DNA of 60,047 nucleotides, counting the filler. It is 3 parts of 3 records of this genome, joined end to end, with 100 filler letters (N's around TTAATTAATTAA, not from the genome) between each part and the next. Parts side by side here need not be neighbours in the genome. Positions count along the whole stretch, not along the records: positions 24,672 to 32,622 come from SRR22947725_2618; positions 32,723 to 60,047 come from SRR22947725_2621; 1 more part is not named here. The stretch is one strand, 5' to 3'. Made by a program: the position numbers and the translations under genes. Shown piece by piece: positions 30,292 through 40,679 of the stretch. Each line of letters starts with the position of its first letter. The first letter of the stretch is position 1. Below the pieces are notes generated by a model that was not told where the DNA came from, did not search any database, and saw nothing but the letters and a program-made list of their open reading frames with translations.

Positions 30292-30825
30292 TTAGTTCTC
30301 TATTAGTATTTGATTAAAGCTTAATTCAATTGGTGTCGGACGACCAAAAATATTGACATTTACTTTAATTCTATTTTTATCATTAATCTCTTGAATAAGA
30401 CCATTAAAGTCCTTGAATGGTCCATCAATAACTTTGACAGAATCTCCAACTTTAAATGGTATTTCTTCCATTACTTCTACTGAATCGTCATCTCCATCAA
30501 AAGAACCAATAATTCTTTTAATTTCAGCATCATTTAGTGATTGAGGATTCCCTTTAGGTCCTACAAAACTCATCACACCATCTATGCCTTCAATAAAAAA
30601 TTTTGTTTCGTTATTCATTTCCATCTTCATCAAAATATAACCGGGAAAGAATACTTTTTTCTTTACCTGTTTTTTTCCATTTTTAATATCAACTACATTC
30701 TCAGTTGGTATTAAAATATCTTCAACATTTTCTGCTAAATCTTTTTCGTATTCAAGTTCGCGGAAAATATTATCTTTAATTTTTTCCTCCTTACCTGACA
30801 TTACTCTTAAACTATACCAATTCAT
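30292..30825 (-). CDS. nusG: Transcription termination/antitermination factor NusG
   Basis: [20 protein letters not shown] motif [21 protein letters not shown] 30825 overlaps the secE stop (ATGA). Confidence 0.96.
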   Translation of the reverse strand: MNWYSLRVMSGKEEKIKDNIFRELEYEKDLAENVEDILIPTENVVDIKNGKKQVKKKVFFPGYILMKMEMNNETKFFIEGIDGVMSFVGPKGNPQSLNDAEIKRIIGSFDGDDDSVEVMEEIPFKVGDSVKVIDGPFKDFNGLIQEINDKNRIKVNVNIFGRPTPIELSFNQILIEN

Positions 30826-31004
30826 AATACCGCTCTCACTAATTTTTGAATTACCCAATCAACTCCAAATAAAAATACTGCAAACATTAAGAAAAAAATG
30901 ATAATAAGGTAGGTCGATCCTCTTAACTCAGAGTAGCTTGGCCAAGAAACTTTATTCATTTCAAGGTATACTTGATTTAAAAAATCTTTTACCGCTTTCA
31001 ACAT
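30822..31004 (-). CDS. secE: Preprotein translocase subunit SecE
   Basis: EMNKVSWP motif plus a single TM; located between tRNA-Trp and nusG. Confidence 0.93.
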   Translation of the reverse strand: MLKAVKDFLNQVYLEMNKVSWPSYSELRGSTYLIIIFFLMFAVFLFGVDWVIQKLVRAVL

Positions 31005-31019
31005 ACTTTTCCCTTTTTG

Positions 31020-31092
31020 CAGGTGAGGCAGGAATTGAACCCGCAACCCCCGGTTTTGGAGACCGATGCTCTACCAATTGAGCTACTCACCT
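31020..31092 (-). tRNA. trnW: tRNA-Trp (CCA)
   Basis: Cloverleaf AGGTGAG..TCGGT-CTCCAAA-ACCGG..GGTTCAATTCC..CTCACCTG; CCA end not encoded. Confidence 0.95.
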
Positions 31093-31103
31093 ATTTGCTA
31101 TTT

Positions 31104-31268
31104 TTACTTTATTTCTTTAAAAAGAACATGCTTGCGAGCTACAGGGTCAAACTTTTTATATTCAAGTTTATCAGGATGCTTACTCTTATTTTTCGTAACA
31201 GTGTAGCGATATCCTGTCCCTGCAGAACTCTCAAGTCTTACAATTGCTCTTTTACTATTGCCTGCCAT
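31104..31268 (-). CDS. rpmG: 50S ribosomal protein L33 (Zn-free form), 54 aa
   Basis: Manually translated: [54 protein letters not shown]; missing from the ORF track. Confidence 0.95.
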   Translation of the reverse strand: MAGNSKRAIVRLESSAGTGYRYTVTKNKSKHPDKLEYKKFDPVARKHVLFKEIK

Positions 31269-31270
31269 AT

Positions 31271-32461
31271 TTAGTTTTCAATAGCAGTAACGACGCCAGC
31301 CCCTACTGTATGTCCACCCTCTCTAATAGCAAACCTTAGCTCTTGATTCATAGCAATCGGTGTAATTAGTTCAACTGACATCTCAACATTATCTCCAGGC
31401 ATAACCATTTCAGTTCCCTCAGGTAATGTAACCACTCCAGTTACATCTGTAGTTCTAAAATAGAACTGAGGTCTATAGTTATTAAAGAATGGAGTATGTC
31501 TTCCGCCTTCTTCTTTTTTCAAAACATATACATTTGCTTTGAACTTAGTATGAGGAGTGATTGAACCTTTAGCAGCTGCAACCATACCTCTTTTTAAATC
31601 ATCTTTCTCAATACCTCTCATTAAAAGACCAGCATTATCTCCTGCTTCTCCTTCATTGAGTGTTTTTTGGAACATTTCTACTCCTGTAATAGTAGTAGTC
31701 ATGTCAGAACCCATACCAATAAGTTCAACTTCGTCACCGACCTTGATCTTACCTGATTCAATTCTTCCTGTTCCAACAGTTCCTCTACCTGTAATACTAA
31801 ATACATCCTCAACAGGCATTAAGAATGGCTTATCTAGCGCTCTTTCTGGCTGAGGAATAAAACTATCACAAGCGTCCATTAATTCAGTAATACATTTTGT
31901 TGCTTCCGCATCACCACGGTTTTCAAGTGCTTTTAATGCACTACCCTTGATAATTGGAGTGTTATCTCCATCAAATTTGTATTCGCTTAACAGATCCCTA
32001 AGTTCCATTTCTACTAACTCTAAAAGCTCTTCGTCGTCAACCTGATCTACTTTGTTCATAAAAACAACTAGACTAGGAACATTTACTTGACGAGCTAGGA
32101 GTACGTGCTCACGAGTTTGAGGCATAGGACCATCTGCAGCGCTAACTACAAGGATTCCACCATCCATTTGAGCAGCACCAGTAATCATATTTTTAATATA
32201 GTCGGCGTGACCAGGACAGTCGACATGAGCATAGTGACGATTAGCAGTCTCATACTCAACGTGAGCTGTTTGAATTGTAATACCTCTTTCTTTTTCCTCA
32301 GGTGCATTATCAATAGTGTCAAAATCACGTTGTTCAGCTAACCCTAAATCAGCTTGGGTTTGTGTAATAGCTGCTGTTAACGTTGTCTTACCATGATCTA
32401 CGTGACCAATGGTACCAATATTACAGTGAGGCTTATTTCTTTCAAATACTTCTTTAGCCAT
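31271..32461 (-). CDS. tuf: Elongation factor Tu
   Basis: [35 protein letters not shown]. Confidence 0.98.
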   Translation of the reverse strand: MAKEVFERNKPHCNIGTIGHVDHGKTTLTAAITQTQADLGLAEQRDFDTIDNAPEEKERGITIQTAHVEYETANRHYAHVDCPGHADYIKNMITGAAQMDGGILVVSAADGPMPQTREHVLLARQVNVPSLVVFMNKVDQVDDEELLELVEMELRDLLSEYKFDGDNTPIIKGSALKALENRGDAEATKCITELMDACDSFIPQPERALDKPFLMPVEDVFSITGRGTVGTGRIESGKIKVGDEVELIGMGSDMTTTITGVEMFQKTLNEGEAGDNAGLLMRGIEKDDLKRGMVAAAKGSITPHTKFKANVYVLKKEEGGRHTPFFNNYRPQFYFRTTDVTGVVTLPEGTEMVMPGDNVEMSVELITPIAMNQELRFAIREGGHTVGAGVVTAIEN

Positions 32462-32510
32462 TTTTTACTCTCCTCTTTTTTTTAATCAAAATTTAAATCT
32501 TCTTTTTTTG

Positions 32511-32583
32511 AGCCTACGACCGGGATTGAACCGGTGACCTCTTCGTTACCAACGAAGTGCTCTACCTACTGAGCTACGCAGGC
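32511..32583 (-). tRNA. trnT: tRNA-Thr (GGT)
   Basis: GCCTGCGTAGCTCAG..CTTCG-TTGGTAA-CGAAG..CCGGTTCAATCCCGG..CGTAGGCT. Confidence 0.95.
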
Positions 32584-32594
32584 AATAAATCTTG

Positions 32595-32622
32595 AGCGAG
32601 TGACGCGATTCGAACGCGCGAC
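32595..32622 (-). tRNA. tRNA 3' fragment, probably tRNA-Gly (cut by contig end)
   Basis: T-arm CGCGTTCGAATCGCG and acceptor 3' strand CACTCGC-T; Gly inferred from the usual Gly-Thr-tuf order because the anticodon is not visible. Confidence 0.7.
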
Positions 32623-32722
32623 NNNNNNNNNNNNNNNNNNNNNNNNNNNNNNNNNNNNNNNNNNNNTTAATTAATTAANNNNNNNNNNNNNNNNNNNNNN
32701 NNNNNNNNNNNNNNNNNNNNNN
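32623..32722. other. Artificial contig-joining spacer
   Basis: 44 N + TTAATTAATTAA + 44 N, identical to the first spacer. Confidence 0.98.
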
Positions 32723-32724
32723 GA

Positions 32725-35016
32725 GCAGAAACTATAAGACCATTGTTACAAAAAATATTACCTAATTGCGAAGTAGAAATAAGACCTAGGTTATCTACTC
32801 TAAGTTACATAGGTGTAAAAAAAATAACCAGATTAAAGCCTCGGTCTGCAGTTGTTGCTTTTTCAGTTCCAGAGGTTTATAGAATCGCCGAGCTTGTGAG
32901 AACCAAAAAAGGTGGCGCTGCAATAGTGATGGGTGCTTTGTCTCCAAGGACAAGAAATTCCCAAGTAGAACTCTATCAAAGTGGACAAGTTGATTATTTG
33001 ATTGCCACAGATGCAATAGGAATGGGCTTAAACATGGATATTGATCATGTTGCCTTTGCTTCTGATATAAAGTTTGACGGGAATGCTCCCAGACATCTGT
33101 CTGCGGCAGAAATTGCCCAGATAGCAGGTAGAGCAGGGCGTCACAGCCGTAATGGATCATTTGGAGTTGTTGAAGATTACTTAAATTTTGAAGAAGATAC
33201 CATTGAACAAATTGAAACTCATTCTTTTATATCACTAAGAAATATATGGTGGAGAAATACAGAATTAAACTTTAATTCTTTAAATAATTTAATTAGGTCT
33301 TTAGAAGTTCCTCCACCCTTCAAATTTATGAGAAAAAAAGTTGGTGCTTTAGACGCTATTTGTTTAAATCATCTCTCAGAACAAGATACCATTAAAAATA
33401 AAATCGATAGCAGAGAAACTTTATCTCTTTTATGGAATATTTGTCAAATTCCTGATTTCAGCAATTCCTTATCTAGCATGCATTTTAACTTGCTAGAAAA
33501 AACTTTTGAATTATTATTAAAAGGCAAATTAGATAATGATTGGATAAGTTCACAAATCAGTAGGCATGATAGAGTAGACGGAGAAATTGATACATTATTA
33601 AATAGAATATCTAATATTAGAACTTGGACATTTATAACAAATAGAAAAAATTGGTTAGACGAAGCAGATTATTGGCAAGCTAAAGCCAAAGCCATTGAAG
33701 ACAAATTATCTGATGAATTACACGATAGATTAACACAAAGATTTGTAGATAAAAAAATTGTAATATTAAATAAAACAATGAAAGAGCATCATAATTTGGA
33801 AGCAGTAATAAGGTTAGACGGAAAAGTCTTTGTAGAAGAAGAAGAGGTAGGAACCCTTAATGGTTTTGACTTCATACCTTATCTATCTGAAGGTGAAAAG
33901 GCAGCAACCATCCTAACGGCAGCAAGAAAAATTTTACCTAAAGAGATTGAAAGGCGAGTTCGAGAACTTTTGATTTCAGATAATGCGGCTTTTAAATTTA
34001 ATAGCGATGGCACTATTCGATGGCAAAACAATAAAGTTGCAATACTGGTTCAAGGTGAGAATTTATATTCACCAAAAATAAGTGTTAATAATTCTGAATT
34101 ATTGTTGGATGAACATATAAAACAGATTGAATTAAGAATTAATGAAGCAGTTGAAAAAAACATTAAAGATATTTTATCTGAAGCCATTAATCTTAAAAAA
34201 CCAGTTATAGATAAGAAAGTGAATTTAGATAATAATGATATTGAAAAAAATATTATTACTGAAACTGATGATATTGCTGAAAAAGACGACATTGTATCAG
34301 ATAACAATTTATCAGGTAAAGCTCTTGGAATAGCCTATGAAGTTTATGAAGGGATGGGGTCTGCAAAAACAAGTAATTTGTCAATGTCGATAAATAAACT
34401 TTCTGAGAATGATAAAAGAAATTTAGCAAAACTAGGTTTAAGACTAGGTGTCGAGACTATATATTTACCTAACTTTTTAAAGCCATCATCTATAAAATTA
34501 CGTGCATTATTATGGTCTGTGTATAATCATAATTTTCCAGAGGAGGGCCCTCCACCTGATGGTCGTGTTAGTGTTGTAATTGGCCCTGATGCTAACCATG
34601 ATTACTATAGAGCGTTAGGGTTTGTACCACTAGGTAATTTAGCTTTAAGAGCGGATATTGCAGAAAGACTTTCAGCCCTAATCAGAGCAGAAGCAAGAAC
34701 TGGTAAATTTAAAATAAATGACTCAATGTTGTCTATTTCAGGGTCTACGAAAATTCAAATGGAAGATATTTTGTATGATTTAGGTTATGTTAAAAATGGA
34801 GAGGAACCATCAACTTTAGTTGATCAAATTCCAATTGTCATTTTTGAACGTCCGAAGAGTAAAAGTAAAAATTTAAATAAAACAATTAAATTTGTTTCAA
34901 AAAATAAACAAAACTCTAAAACAAATTTAAAAAATAATTTTAAAAATAAGAAACAAGATAAGTTAGCAGATCCGCTATCGCCATTCGCAATATTAAAATC
35001 TATTAAAATAAAGTAG
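32725..35016 (+). CDS. SUV3/MgpS-like ATP-dependent helicase (5'-truncated)
   Basis: GALSPRTRN, ATDAIGMGLN, QIAGRAGR, LSDELHDRLTQRFVD; frame open from the contig start. Confidence 0.88.
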   Translation, partial: AETIRPLLQKILPNCEVEIRPRLSTLSYIGVKKITRLKPRSAVVAFSVPEVYRIAELVRTKKGGAAIVMGALSPRTRNSQVELYQSGQVDYLIATDAIGMGLNMDIDHVAFASDIKFDGNAPRHLSAAEIAQIAGRAGRHSRNGSFGVVEDYLNFEEDTIEQIETHSFISLRNIWWRNTELNFNSLNNLIRSLEVPPPFKFMRKKVGALDAICLNHLSEQDTIKNKIDSRETLSLLWNICQIPDFSNSLSSMHFNLLEKTFELLLKGKLDNDWISSQISRHDRVDGEIDTLLNRISNIRTWTFITNRKNWLDEADYWQAKAKAIEDKLSDELHDRLTQRFVDKKIVILNKTMKEHHNLEAVIRLDGKVFVEEEEVGTLNGFDFIPYLSEGEKAATILTAARKILPKEIERRVRELLISDNAAFKFNSDGTIRWQNNKVAILVQGENLYSPKISVNNSELLLDEHIKQIELRINEAVEKNIKDILSEAINLKKPVIDKKVNLDNNDIEKNIITETDDIAEKDDIVSDNNLSGKALGIAYEVYEGMGSAKTSNLSMSINKLSENDKRNLAKLGLRLGVETIYLPNFLKPSSIKLRALLWSVYNHNFPEEGPPPDGRVSVVIGPDANHDYYRALGFVPLGNLALRADIAERLSALIRAEARTGKFKINDSMLSISGSTKIQMEDILYDLGYVKNGEEPSTLVDQIPIVIFERPKSKSKNLNKTIKFVSKNKQNSKTNLKNNFKNKKQDKLADPLSPFAILKSIKIK

Positions 35017-35412
35017 ATGGCCTTAGATATTCAGGAAAAAAAAACTATAAGGCTAGATCTCTATCTGTTTTATATTAGATTATTTAAAAGTCGAAATTTA
35101 GCAACAAAATTTATAACTACAAGCAGAGTACGTATAGCAGGACAAGTAACTCAAAAGCCACATAAATTAGTTTCAATAGACGATGTTTTGACCATACCAA
35201 TTAATGATAAAGTCAAAATATTAAAAATTATTAATATTCCTAATAGAAGAGGTCCTTTTTTAGAATCAATCCTTTATTATGAAGATTTAACACCAATAGA
35301 AAAAAAAGAAATTACAACTGATAAGAAAGTTAATCTTAAGTTTGTTGAGAGGGTAGGGCGTCCAACAAAATTAGAGCGCCGTCAGACAGATAAATTAATG
35401 GGTAGAAACTGA
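35017..35412 (+). CDS. hslR: S4-domain RNA-binding protein (Hsp15-like)
   Basis: RLDLYLFYIRLFKSR, RRGP, GRPTKLERR. Confidence 0.88.
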   Translation: MALDIQEKKTIRLDLYLFYIRLFKSRNLATKFITTSRVRIAGQVTQKPHKLVSIDDVLTIPINDKVKILKIINIPNRRGPFLESILYYEDLTPIEKKEITTDKKVNLKFVERVGRPTKLERRQTDKLMGRN

Positions 35413-35484
35413 CATTAATTAATATCTAACTTGTAATCCAAATTGTTGTAGTTTAAACAATCTAAAATAGTATTAGGTAGTAAA

Positions 35485-35820
35485 ATGACTTATATAGTTA
35501 ATGATAAATGTATTAATTGTAGGCATACGGATTGTGTGGAAGTATGTCCAGTTGATTGTTTTTATATAGGTGAAAACACCATTGTTATTCATCCCGATGA
35601 ATGTATTGACTGTGGAGTATGTGAACCTGAATGTCCCGTTGATGCAATTCAATCTGATACGGATCCTGGCGCGGATCAATGGCTAGAGTATAATAAAGAA
35701 ATGTCAGAAATTTGGCCTAACATTACTATGAAGATGGATCCTTTACCTGATGCCGAAAAATACGCGGACGAGACAGGTAAATTTGAGAAATATGGTTCTA
35801 AAAATCCTGGAGAAATATAA
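35485..35820 (+). CDS. fdxA: 7Fe ferredoxin FdxA
   Basis: [17 protein letters not shown] and [17 protein letters not shown]. Confidence 0.94.
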   Translation: MTYIVNDKCINCRHTDCVEVCPVDCFYIGENTIVIHPDECIDCGVCEPECPVDAIQSDTDPGADQWLEYNKEMSEIWPNITMKMDPLPDAEKYADETGKFEKYGSKNPGEI

Positions 35821-35906
35821 ATTCAAGGAAACATTAATTTCTTTAAACCTAGTTATTTAAGCGTAAATATGTTATAAGACCCTTTTTATATTAAAGGTGT
35901 ACTGAA

Positions 35907-36431
35907 TTGTCTAAAGATCAAAACTTAATTAATACATTTATTCCGGGTGATTTTGTGGTTTACCCTAGTCATGGTGTTGGTAAAATTATAGGAACAGAAA
36001 AACGTAAGATTGAAGAAACAGATTTAGAATTACTAGTTATTCGTTTTGAGCATGAAAGGATGACATTAAGAGTTCCTTTGTCCAAAGCAACCGAATCTGG
36101 TTTAAGAACTCTGTCAAGTAAAGTTCAGATGGATGAAGCAATTATCACTTTAAAGGGTAAAGCTAAAGTTAAAAAAACAATGTGGTCAAGAAGAGCCCAG
36201 GAATATGAAACTAAAATTAATTCTGGAAGCCTTGTTTCGATTGCAGAAGTGGTGAGAGACTTATATCGTAAGGATGACCAAGGGGAGCAGTCTTATTCTG
36301 AACGACAAATGTATCAAGCAGCTTTAGAACGTTTAGCTAGTGAGTTTGCAGCGGTTGATGATACAGATAAAGATAGCGCAGTCATAAAGTTAGAAAAAAT
36401 AATTTATGATAGTGCCGAAGAAGCTGCTTAG
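35907..36431 (+). CDS. carD: CarD family transcriptional regulator
   Basis: VVYPSHGVG, MWSRRAQEYETKINSG, SYSERQMY. Confidence 0.94.
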   Translation: MSKDQNLINTFIPGDFVVYPSHGVGKIIGTEKRKIEETDLELLVIRFEHERMTLRVPLSKATESGLRTLSSKVQMDEAIITLKGKAKVKKTMWSRRAQEYETKINSGSLVSIAEVVRDLYRKDDQGEQSYSERQMYQAALERLASEFAAVDDTDKDSAVIKLEKIIYDSAEEAA

Positions 36432-36458
36432 TCATATTTATCTAAAACTAATTAATTA

Positions 36459-37403
36459 ATGTTAACTATTAAGCAAAAATCTACTTTTCTTTTTGACTGT
36501 CTGCCGTCTTTTCAAGAAGGTCATCTAGATGTTGGTAATGGTCATAAAATTTATTATGAACAATATGGAAACCCTAACGGGAAGCCTGTTTTGTTTTTAC
36601 ATGGTGGGCCAGGAGCTGGTTTTTCAAACTCTCATAAAGCTTTTTTTGATCCAAAAATTTTCAGAGTAATTTTTTTTGATCAAAGAGGCTCTGGTAAAAG
36701 CATCCCATATGCAGAAACTAAGAATAATAATACTGAATCTCTTATTTCAGACATTGAAAGACTTAGAGTTTTTTTAAAAATAGATAACTGGTATATTTTT
36801 GGAGGTTCTTGGGGAAGCACTCTTGCTTTATTATACGGTATTAATTTTCCACAAAGATGTTTAGGTTTCATTCTTAGGGGAATTTTTTTAGGTACTATTG
36901 ATGAGATAAATTGGTTTTTATATGACATTAGAAAGTTTTTTCCAGAAGCGTATGAAAAATTTATAATACATGTTCCATTAACCCATAGAACCAAAATACT
37001 TGAGTGGTTTTATCAGCAACTAAGAATAAATAATAGATCGCTAAACCTTAAGGCAGCATCAGTATGGGCAGAGTATGAAAATTCTTGTTCATCTTTAAAG
37101 TATGTTGAACGGCCAGTATCTGGAGAAAATGCTCTGGCGATTGCAAAAATAGAAACTCATTATTTTATTAATAATTGCTTCATAAAAAATAATTTTATTA
37201 TTTCAAATATTCATAAAATATCAAAAATACCTGCAGTTATAATTCAAGGTAGGCATGACGTAATATGTCCACCATTTAACGCACTATATCTCTGTAAGGT
37301 TTGGGATATGGCAACAATTGAAATTGTTGAGGATGCAGGTCATTCAGCTTTCGAGGTTAATATAGGAAGAAAGTTAATAAACGCACTTCATATGATTAAG
37401 TAA
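36459..37403 (+). CDS. pip: Prolyl aminopeptidase
   Basis: LHGGPG, DQRGSGKS, GGSWGSTL, QGRHDVICP, AGHS. Confidence 0.93.
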   Translation: MLTIKQKSTFLFDCLPSFQEGHLDVGNGHKIYYEQYGNPNGKPVLFLHGGPGAGFSNSHKAFFDPKIFRVIFFDQRGSGKSIPYAETKNNNTESLISDIERLRVFLKIDNWYIFGGSWGSTLALLYGINFPQRCLGFILRGIFLGTIDEINWFLYDIRKFFPEAYEKFIIHVPLTHRTKILEWFYQQLRINNRSLNLKAASVWAEYENSCSSLKYVERPVSGENALAIAKIETHYFINNCFIKNNFIISNIHKISKIPAVIIQGRHDVICPPFNALYLCKVWDMATIEIVEDAGHSAFEVNIGRKLINALHMIK

Positions 37404-37479
37404 TCTATTGATTAAATTTGAATGAGGAGTTAGTTTTTAAAGATAAATATAAAAATGATTTGATATAGGTGTTTGGTTT

Positions 37480-37731
37480 ATGAGCAATGACAATGTGATA
37501 GACACGATGACTTTTGAAGAAGCGATGAATGAATTAGAAAAACTTGTTGAATCTCTGGATAAAGGGGATATATCACTTGATCAGGCAATTTCGGCATATG
37601 ATAGAGGTTCTCAGTTAAAGGACCTTTGTCAGAAAAAACTTAACGAAGCTAAAATGAAAGTTGAAACCATTCAATCATCAGATAATTTAGATGTAATCCC
37701 AGATAAATTAACCACTTTTGACCCTGACTAA
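37480..37731 (+). CDS. xseB: Exodeoxyribonuclease VII small subunit
   Basis: FEEAMNELEKLV..LDQAISAYDRG; directly upstream of ispA. Confidence 0.92.
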   Translation: MSNDNVIDTMTFEEAMNELEKLVESLDKGDISLDQAISAYDRGSQLKDLCQKKLNEAKMKVETIQSSDNLDVIPDKLTTFDPD

Positions 37732-37758
37732 TATGTCTTGTAAACTGAGCACATATGT

Positions 37759-38676
37759 ATGATTGATTTTATAAATAAATTAAAAAAAAATTCATATGTG
37801 ATAGATCAATTTTTAGATAAACATTTGCCAATTGGAGATAGTCTAAACTCTAAACTTTTTGAGGCTATGAGATACTCTTCAATTAATAGTGGGAAAAAAA
37901 TAAGAGCCTTTTTAGTTATAGAATCTGGAAAATTTTTAGGTTCAATTAATAATCAAGAAATTTCAAAGTCAAAGTACGATGAACTAGTTGTTGTAGCTTC
38001 CGCTATTGAAGCTATTCATACTTATTCATTAATACATGATGATTTGCCTGCTATGGATAATTCTTCTACAAGGAGAGGAAAACCGTCTAATCACGTAAAA
38101 TATGACATGCATACAGCTATTTTAGCCGGAGATGCATTGTTAAGTTGGGCTTTCCAAATTATAAGTGACCAGAATTTAATTAAAGACTCCATGCAAAGAT
38201 CTGAAATCTGTTTTGCATTAGCAAAAGCGATAGGCCCTTATGGAATGGTTGGTGGGCAGCAAGCTGATATGGATTTAAATAACAAAAGTAGCTTAAGCTT
38301 AGATGAAATTGAATGGATTCAAAGCCATAAAACTGGAGTATTAATTTCATCTTGCTCTCATGTAGCTTCTATTTTATTGAACGTTAATGATAAACAACGG
38401 GATAAAATTATCAGTTATGCAAGTAATATAGGTCTGGCCTTTCAAATAGCAGATGATTTGTTAGATAAAGATGGTGACGAAACAGTCATGGGGAAACCTA
38501 TTAAGCAAGATGATAAAAATGAAACACCAAATTTCGTTACAATATTAGGTAGAGATAAAGCAACCAAAAGAGCTTTAGAAGCATCAAATTCAGCAATAAG
38601 TACAATTGAAAATTTTGGGTATGATATAGAAAACCTTGTATCTTTGGCAAAATATACTGTAAATAGAAATCATTAA
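37759..38676 (+). CDS. ispA: Farnesyl diphosphate synthase (polyprenyl synthetase)
   Basis: SLIHDDLPAMD..RRG, AILAGDAL, FQIADDLLD. Confidence 0.93.
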   Translation: MIDFINKLKKNSYVIDQFLDKHLPIGDSLNSKLFEAMRYSSINSGKKIRAFLVIESGKFLGSINNQEISKSKYDELVVVASAIEAIHTYSLIHDDLPAMDNSSTRRGKPSNHVKYDMHTAILAGDALLSWAFQIISDQNLIKDSMQRSEICFALAKAIGPYGMVGGQQADMDLNNKSSLSLDEIEWIQSHKTGVLISSCSHVASILLNVNDKQRDKIISYASNIGLAFQIADDLLDKDGDETVMGKPIKQDDKNETPNFVTILGRDKATKRALEASNSAISTIENFGYDIENLVSLAKYTVNRNH

Positions 38677-38710
38677 TTTTATGAATATTACATTAGGTTT
38701 AATTTAATTA

Positions 38711-40663
38711 ATGGCAAATAAAGATAAAAAAAATACATTTTCATCTACACCGATACTTGATCAGGTAAATGACCCGAATGATTTAAAGTTTCTAGAAATA
38801 GATAACCTTGAACAATTATCTTCAGAAATTCGCTCCGATATGATCGATAGCGTTTCTAAAACTGGAGGTCATTTAGGAGCTGGACTTGGAGTTGTTGAGC
38901 TTGCTGTTGCCATTCATTATGTCTTCGATACACCTGATGACAAACTAATATGGGATGTTGGCCATCAAGCTTATCCTCACAAAATTTTAACCTCTAGAAG
39001 AAATAAGATGAGTACCTTAAGAAAATCAAAGGGTATTTCAGGTTTTACAAAAAGATCAGAATCTATTTATGACCCTTTTGGAGCTGGACATTCATCTACT
39101 TCTATTTCGGCAGCGCTAGGAATGGCAGTTGCGAGAGATAGACTAGGTAAATTTAACAATGTTATAGCCGTTATTGGTGACGGAGCAATGAGCGCAGGAA
39201 TGGCATATGAAGCTATAAACAATGCTGGTGCTTTAAAAACTAACTTACTGGTAATATTAAACGATAATGATATGTCGATTGCACCTGCTGTTGGGGGGTT
39301 AAGTAATTATTTATCAAACGTTGTATCAAGCCGTCCTTTTAATAACGTTAGAGAAATAGCTAAACAAATGGTAAATCTTTTTCCAAAGGAGATAGGTAAG
39401 ACAGCTAAAAGAGCTGAAAATCTTGCACGTAATTTTTTAGGTAATTCTGAAGGCACAATATTCAGTCAAATGGGTATGAATTATCTTGGACCTATTGATG
39501 GTCATGATATTAAATCAATGGTTAAAATTCTAGAAAATTTAAAAAATGGTTCTCATGAAAAGCCAATGTTACTCCATGTTGTAACAGAAAAAGGAAGAGG
39601 ACACCCTTTTTCAAAAGGTTCTCATGAAAAATATCATGCTGTTTCAGAATTCAACGTAATAACTGGAGATACAGTTAAGGCAGTTTCTAACGCCCCAACT
39701 TATACAAATGTCTTTTCAGAAACGCTATGTAAGATTGCAGAAAAAGATAAAAGGATTATGGCCATTACGGCAGCCATGCCTTCTGGAACTGGCCTAAATA
39801 AATTTGCAGAAAAATACGAAGATAGATTTTTTGACGTTGGTATTGCCGAACAGCATGCTGTAACATTTGCAGCAGGAATGGCTTCAGAAGGTTTGAAGCC
39901 GTTTGTTGTAATTTACTCGACATTTTTACAAAGAGCATATGACCAGGTTATTCATGATGTTGTTATTCAAAAATTACCAGTTCGATTTATGCTCGATAGA
40001 GCAGGATTTGTTGGTGCTGATGGAGCAACACATGCTGGGTCGTTTGATTTAGCTTACCTTTGTTGTTTGCCTGATGTTGTTGTCATGGCGCCAAGTGATG
40101 AAGCAGAATTGGCAAATATGGTTTTAACATCTTCAAGGTATAGTGATGGACCAATTTTCTGCCGATACCCTAGAGGTGAAGGTGAAGGTGTTGATATAAA
40201 ACAATCTCCTGATATTATTGAGATTGGTAAAGGTCGTATTGTCAGAAAAGGAAAAGATTTAGCAATTTTTGCTTTAGGCACTAGAGTTGGTGTGGCATTA
40301 AAAGTTGCAGATAATTTGCTTGCAGAAGGTCGCTCAATAACTGTGGCAGATGCTAGGTTTGCAAAACCAATTGATACTGAATTACTTCAAGATTTGTGGA
40401 AAAACCACTCTAAGTTAATTATAATAGAAGAGGGTTCAGCAGGTGGTTTTAGCTCACACTGTTTACATTTTCTGTCTTCTAAGGGTGTTCTTAATAATGG
40501 AAATAAAGAAATAAGATGCTTAACTATGCCAGATTATTTTCAAGACCATGCCTCTCAAAACGAACAATTAGCAAAGGCTGGTTTAGATGTTGTTGGGGTG
40601 ACTAATACAATAAAACAAATACTTCCTCTTTCCAAATTAAGTAATGACATGGCTGTGAAATAA
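38711..40663 (+). CDS. dxs: 1-deoxy-D-xylulose-5-phosphate synthase
   Basis: GGHLG, WDVGHQAYPHK, GDGAM..LNDN, GIAEQHAV, DGATH. Confidence 0.97.
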   Translation: MANKDKKNTFSSTPILDQVNDPNDLKFLEIDNLEQLSSEIRSDMIDSVSKTGGHLGAGLGVVELAVAIHYVFDTPDDKLIWDVGHQAYPHKILTSRRNKMSTLRKSKGISGFTKRSESIYDPFGAGHSSTSISAALGMAVARDRLGKFNNVIAVIGDGAMSAGMAYEAINNAGALKTNLLVILNDNDMSIAPAVGGLSNYLSNVVSSRPFNNVREIAKQMVNLFPKEIGKTAKRAENLARNFLGNSEGTIFSQMGMNYLGPIDGHDIKSMVKILENLKNGSHEKPMLLHVVTEKGRGHPFSKGSHEKYHAVSEFNVITGDTVKAVSNAPTYTNVFSETLCKIAEKDKRIMAITAAMPSGTGLNKFAEKYEDRFFDVGIAEQHAVTFAAGMASEGLKPFVVIYSTFLQRAYDQVIHDVVIQKLPVRFMLDRAGFVGADGATHAGSFDLAYLCCLPDVVVMAPSDEAELANMVLTSSRYSDGPIFCRYPRGEGEGVDIKQSPDIIEIGKGRIVRKGKDLAIFALGTRVGVALKVADNLLAEGRSITVADARFAKPIDTELLQDLWKNHSKLIIIEEGSAGGFSSHCLHFLSSKGVLNNGNKEIRCLTMPDYFQDHASQNEQLAKAGLDVVGVTNTIKQILPLSKLSNDMAVK

Positions 40664-40679
40664 GTGATTTAACTATTAC

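Noticed and set aside
31017..31274. 85-aa plus-strand ORF
   Set aside because: It is the antisense shadow of tRNA-Trp and rpmG.
34195..34310. Asp/Asn/Lys-rich low-complexity stretch in the helicase
   Set aside because: In frame, about 35 aa, with no intein or repeat motifs; most likely a variable linker.
39548..39630. 14-nt direct repeat GGTTCTCATGAAAA in dxs (GSHEK twice, 69 nt apart)
   Set aside because: Only two in-frame copies inside an intact housekeeping gene; no array, spacer pattern or target-site duplication context.
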